Below are positions 62,150-64,000 of a stretch of 64,000 nucleotides of DNA, piece by piece (the first letter of the stretch is position 1; the number at the start of each line of letters is the position of its first letter). The stretch is from assembly GCA_028534125.1 (NCBI GenBank), contig CM052816.1, forward strand, positions 76,882,001 to 76,946,000, in the 5' to 3' direction. A program made the position numbers and the translations under genes. Origin of the DNA: Lama glama (taxonomy: Eukaryota). The notes beneath the pieces are model-generated. The model saw nothing but the letters and a program-made list of their open reading frames with translations, was not told the origin of the DNA and made no database searches.

Positions 62150-62720
62150 GGTGTTAAATGTGCGGTTTAACTATGAAGAGACGTTACCAAAAAAATAGAC
62201 CGATCAAATTCTGTGGTTTTTGACTTGCTTTATCTTCGTATGGCCTATATAATAAGCAGATGATAAAAGGAAATAAGATTTTGGCAAGGCTTTGTTTCTG
62301 TTCAATTTTACCACTGTATCAGAAACTGATATAATTTAGTATATACACTAGAATTATTAACTGTGTATAATAGGATAGGGAATAGAAACCAGGGAGTGAC
62401 TATCAATGGAGTCACTGTATCTTTGGAATCAAGCAGTTATCTTTTTAGAGGTGTGGTTCTGGACCCAAACTCATATGACATTTTTTATCAATGACTAATA
62501 CTATGAGAAAAAACAGTCATTCATACAGTAAATGAAACCTAATTGGGAAATGAAAACTAAGAAGAGGAAGTCACATTTTCAATGACCAAATTAGAATCAA
62601 AATGACCAGGAAAATTGGAGAAGTAGTAAGAAGTAAACAAAATGAGTAAGACATGGAGTGGGCTAAAATACACAGGGAAGAAAAACAAGTTTCAAAAAGA
62701 GGAATGGCAAATTTAGAAGA
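62150..62720 (+). mobile_element. CR1/L3-like LINE RT relic
   Basis: gattttggcaaggctttg (DFxKAF), aatagaaaccagggagtgactatcaatgga (NRxQxVTING), gtggttctggacccaaac...attttttatcaatgac (VLxP...IFIND). Confidence 0.5.
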
Positions 62721-62794
62721 TAACAGAGATTTTAACAACAAGCTAAGATCAAGAATATAGTGTTACTGTTAAAAAGCAAACATAACACGTATTT

Positions 62795-63030
62795 CTACTA
62801 AAATTTACCTAAATTCCTTCCTAAATGAATGTCATCTGCAAACACCAAGAACTTGTTCTTTTTACCAGAAATGCCATTCATCTTAAGAACAAATGTGGAG
62901 AACATAGCCAACTGAAGGACTGAGATAGTAACAGAGGAAAAAACTAGCTTCATTTTAAGATGAAACTTACATCTTGGAGAAAGATTTTTTTTTTTCTCCT
63001 GAAAGCGATGGGGTAATTGAATAATCATTT
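62795..63030 (-). mobile_element. Second CR1/L3-like RT relic, opposite orientation
   Basis: Minus-strand translation SVLQLAMFSTFV...FLVFADDIHLG resembles SVLGPxLFNIFI...KFADDTKLG. Confidence 0.45.
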
Positions 63031-64000
63031 TAAAATAGGAATATGTATAGTTATAATATGAAAAGCTATTAGATTAAGGCTCTTGTGTACCCTAAGTAAT
63101 TTAAAAGTGGATTAGTTGTACTCAACTTTCTTGGAAGACTGAAAGAGAAAATGATGTTAAACTGTTCTGGGAAAGAATTAATTTAGAGTAGGTAGGAATT
63201 TTTTAAATGACATAAAAAAAGGTGGGTTGAAAATTGGAACAATTCTAAGAATCTGGTAGAATTTCCATTGATCGATTTCTGCTTTTCTAAAATGGTAAAA
63301 CATGATACATGAAGAGATAAAGTACAAAAATTTTAATGTCCTAGCCAGACCTCAAGTATTGTGATTTTTGCCTTAGGCTGTAACTAGAATAAATAATTTG
63401 CTCCAAGACTTAAAAGCTAGATGAGAGGGAGCAAGTTTGTTGTTATTAAAATCACTGCTGGTAATATCAAGTGACATTTTTTAAAAAGTACTCTAATTGT
63501 GTTGCTTGCTTGAATCTAAGAGCAGTATTAGCAGCGGATATCTGATTGCAGACCTAGTAAGAAGAGGACCTGGAATATACAGAAGATAGTATCCTAAGGA
63601 AGTGGTGTTCCTCTTATTTTTCTGATGATGTTACTCTATGTTGCTTTTCTTTTTCTTTTTTAAAATTTTACTTATCTTAAAACTGGTATGAATTACAGAA
63701 CATTTAAAAAGTACAGACAAGCAAACAAGCACAAAAACCGTATGTTTAAATCTATCACTTAAAGAAAGTTAACATTTTAATGTACATCTCATTTTTCTCC
63801 ATACAGACATGTAAATATTTCATAAAGTATACTTTTAATTTGATATGTATTTTAAGTGTTTATAAAAAGAGGGAACTTTGTAATCTCTTCCTTGATTTAC
63901 TATTATGAACATTATTTCCCATAATGGGTCGTCATTTTTAAAGGCTGCAATAATTTGCATCATCTCTACCTTTGGTCATGTAAGTGTTTCCAATTGTTCC

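Noticed and set aside
47100..64000. A second gene downstream (RICTOR is the neighbour I recall in human)
   Set aside because: No CpG island, exon chain or recognisable peptide in this interval; if syntenic, it starts beyond the window.
1..64000. CRISPR array, operon or other prokaryote-like novel system
   Set aside because: The sequence is eukaryotic intron/exon and repeat DNA; no regularly spaced repeat-spacer structure or long unexplained ORFs.

Overview
Mammalian genomic DNA, AT-rich and repeat-rich. It is probably camelid, judging from multiple tRNA-Ala-derived SINEs and the L1 3' ends. The + strand carries the 3' part of FYB1 (ADAP/SLAP-130/Fyn-binding protein): 16 visible coding exons from 2923 to the TAG stop at 45120, read manually across GT-AG junctions. 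The reading frame is continuous except at one junction. A 3n+2-nt microexon is required between 27365 and 30024 and most likely lies in the 500-N assembly gap (28960-29459). The N-terminal exon(s) lie upstream of the window. After the 3' UTR is intergenic DNA with ERVL/MaLR-type LTR relics, an internally deleted U1 snRNA retrocopy with target-site duplication, L1 fragments, a near full-length fossil hAT-Charlie transposase and CR1/L3-like RT relics. Most ORFs in the supplied track are spurious. I found no convincing novel biological system. The best leads are the missing exon, the duplicated exon architecture, splicing-regulatory signatures, a candidate poison exon, the U1 retrocopy and a 52-bp perfect palindrome. 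Repeat family names and human/mouse comparisons are from memory, not database searches; repeat boundaries are approximate.
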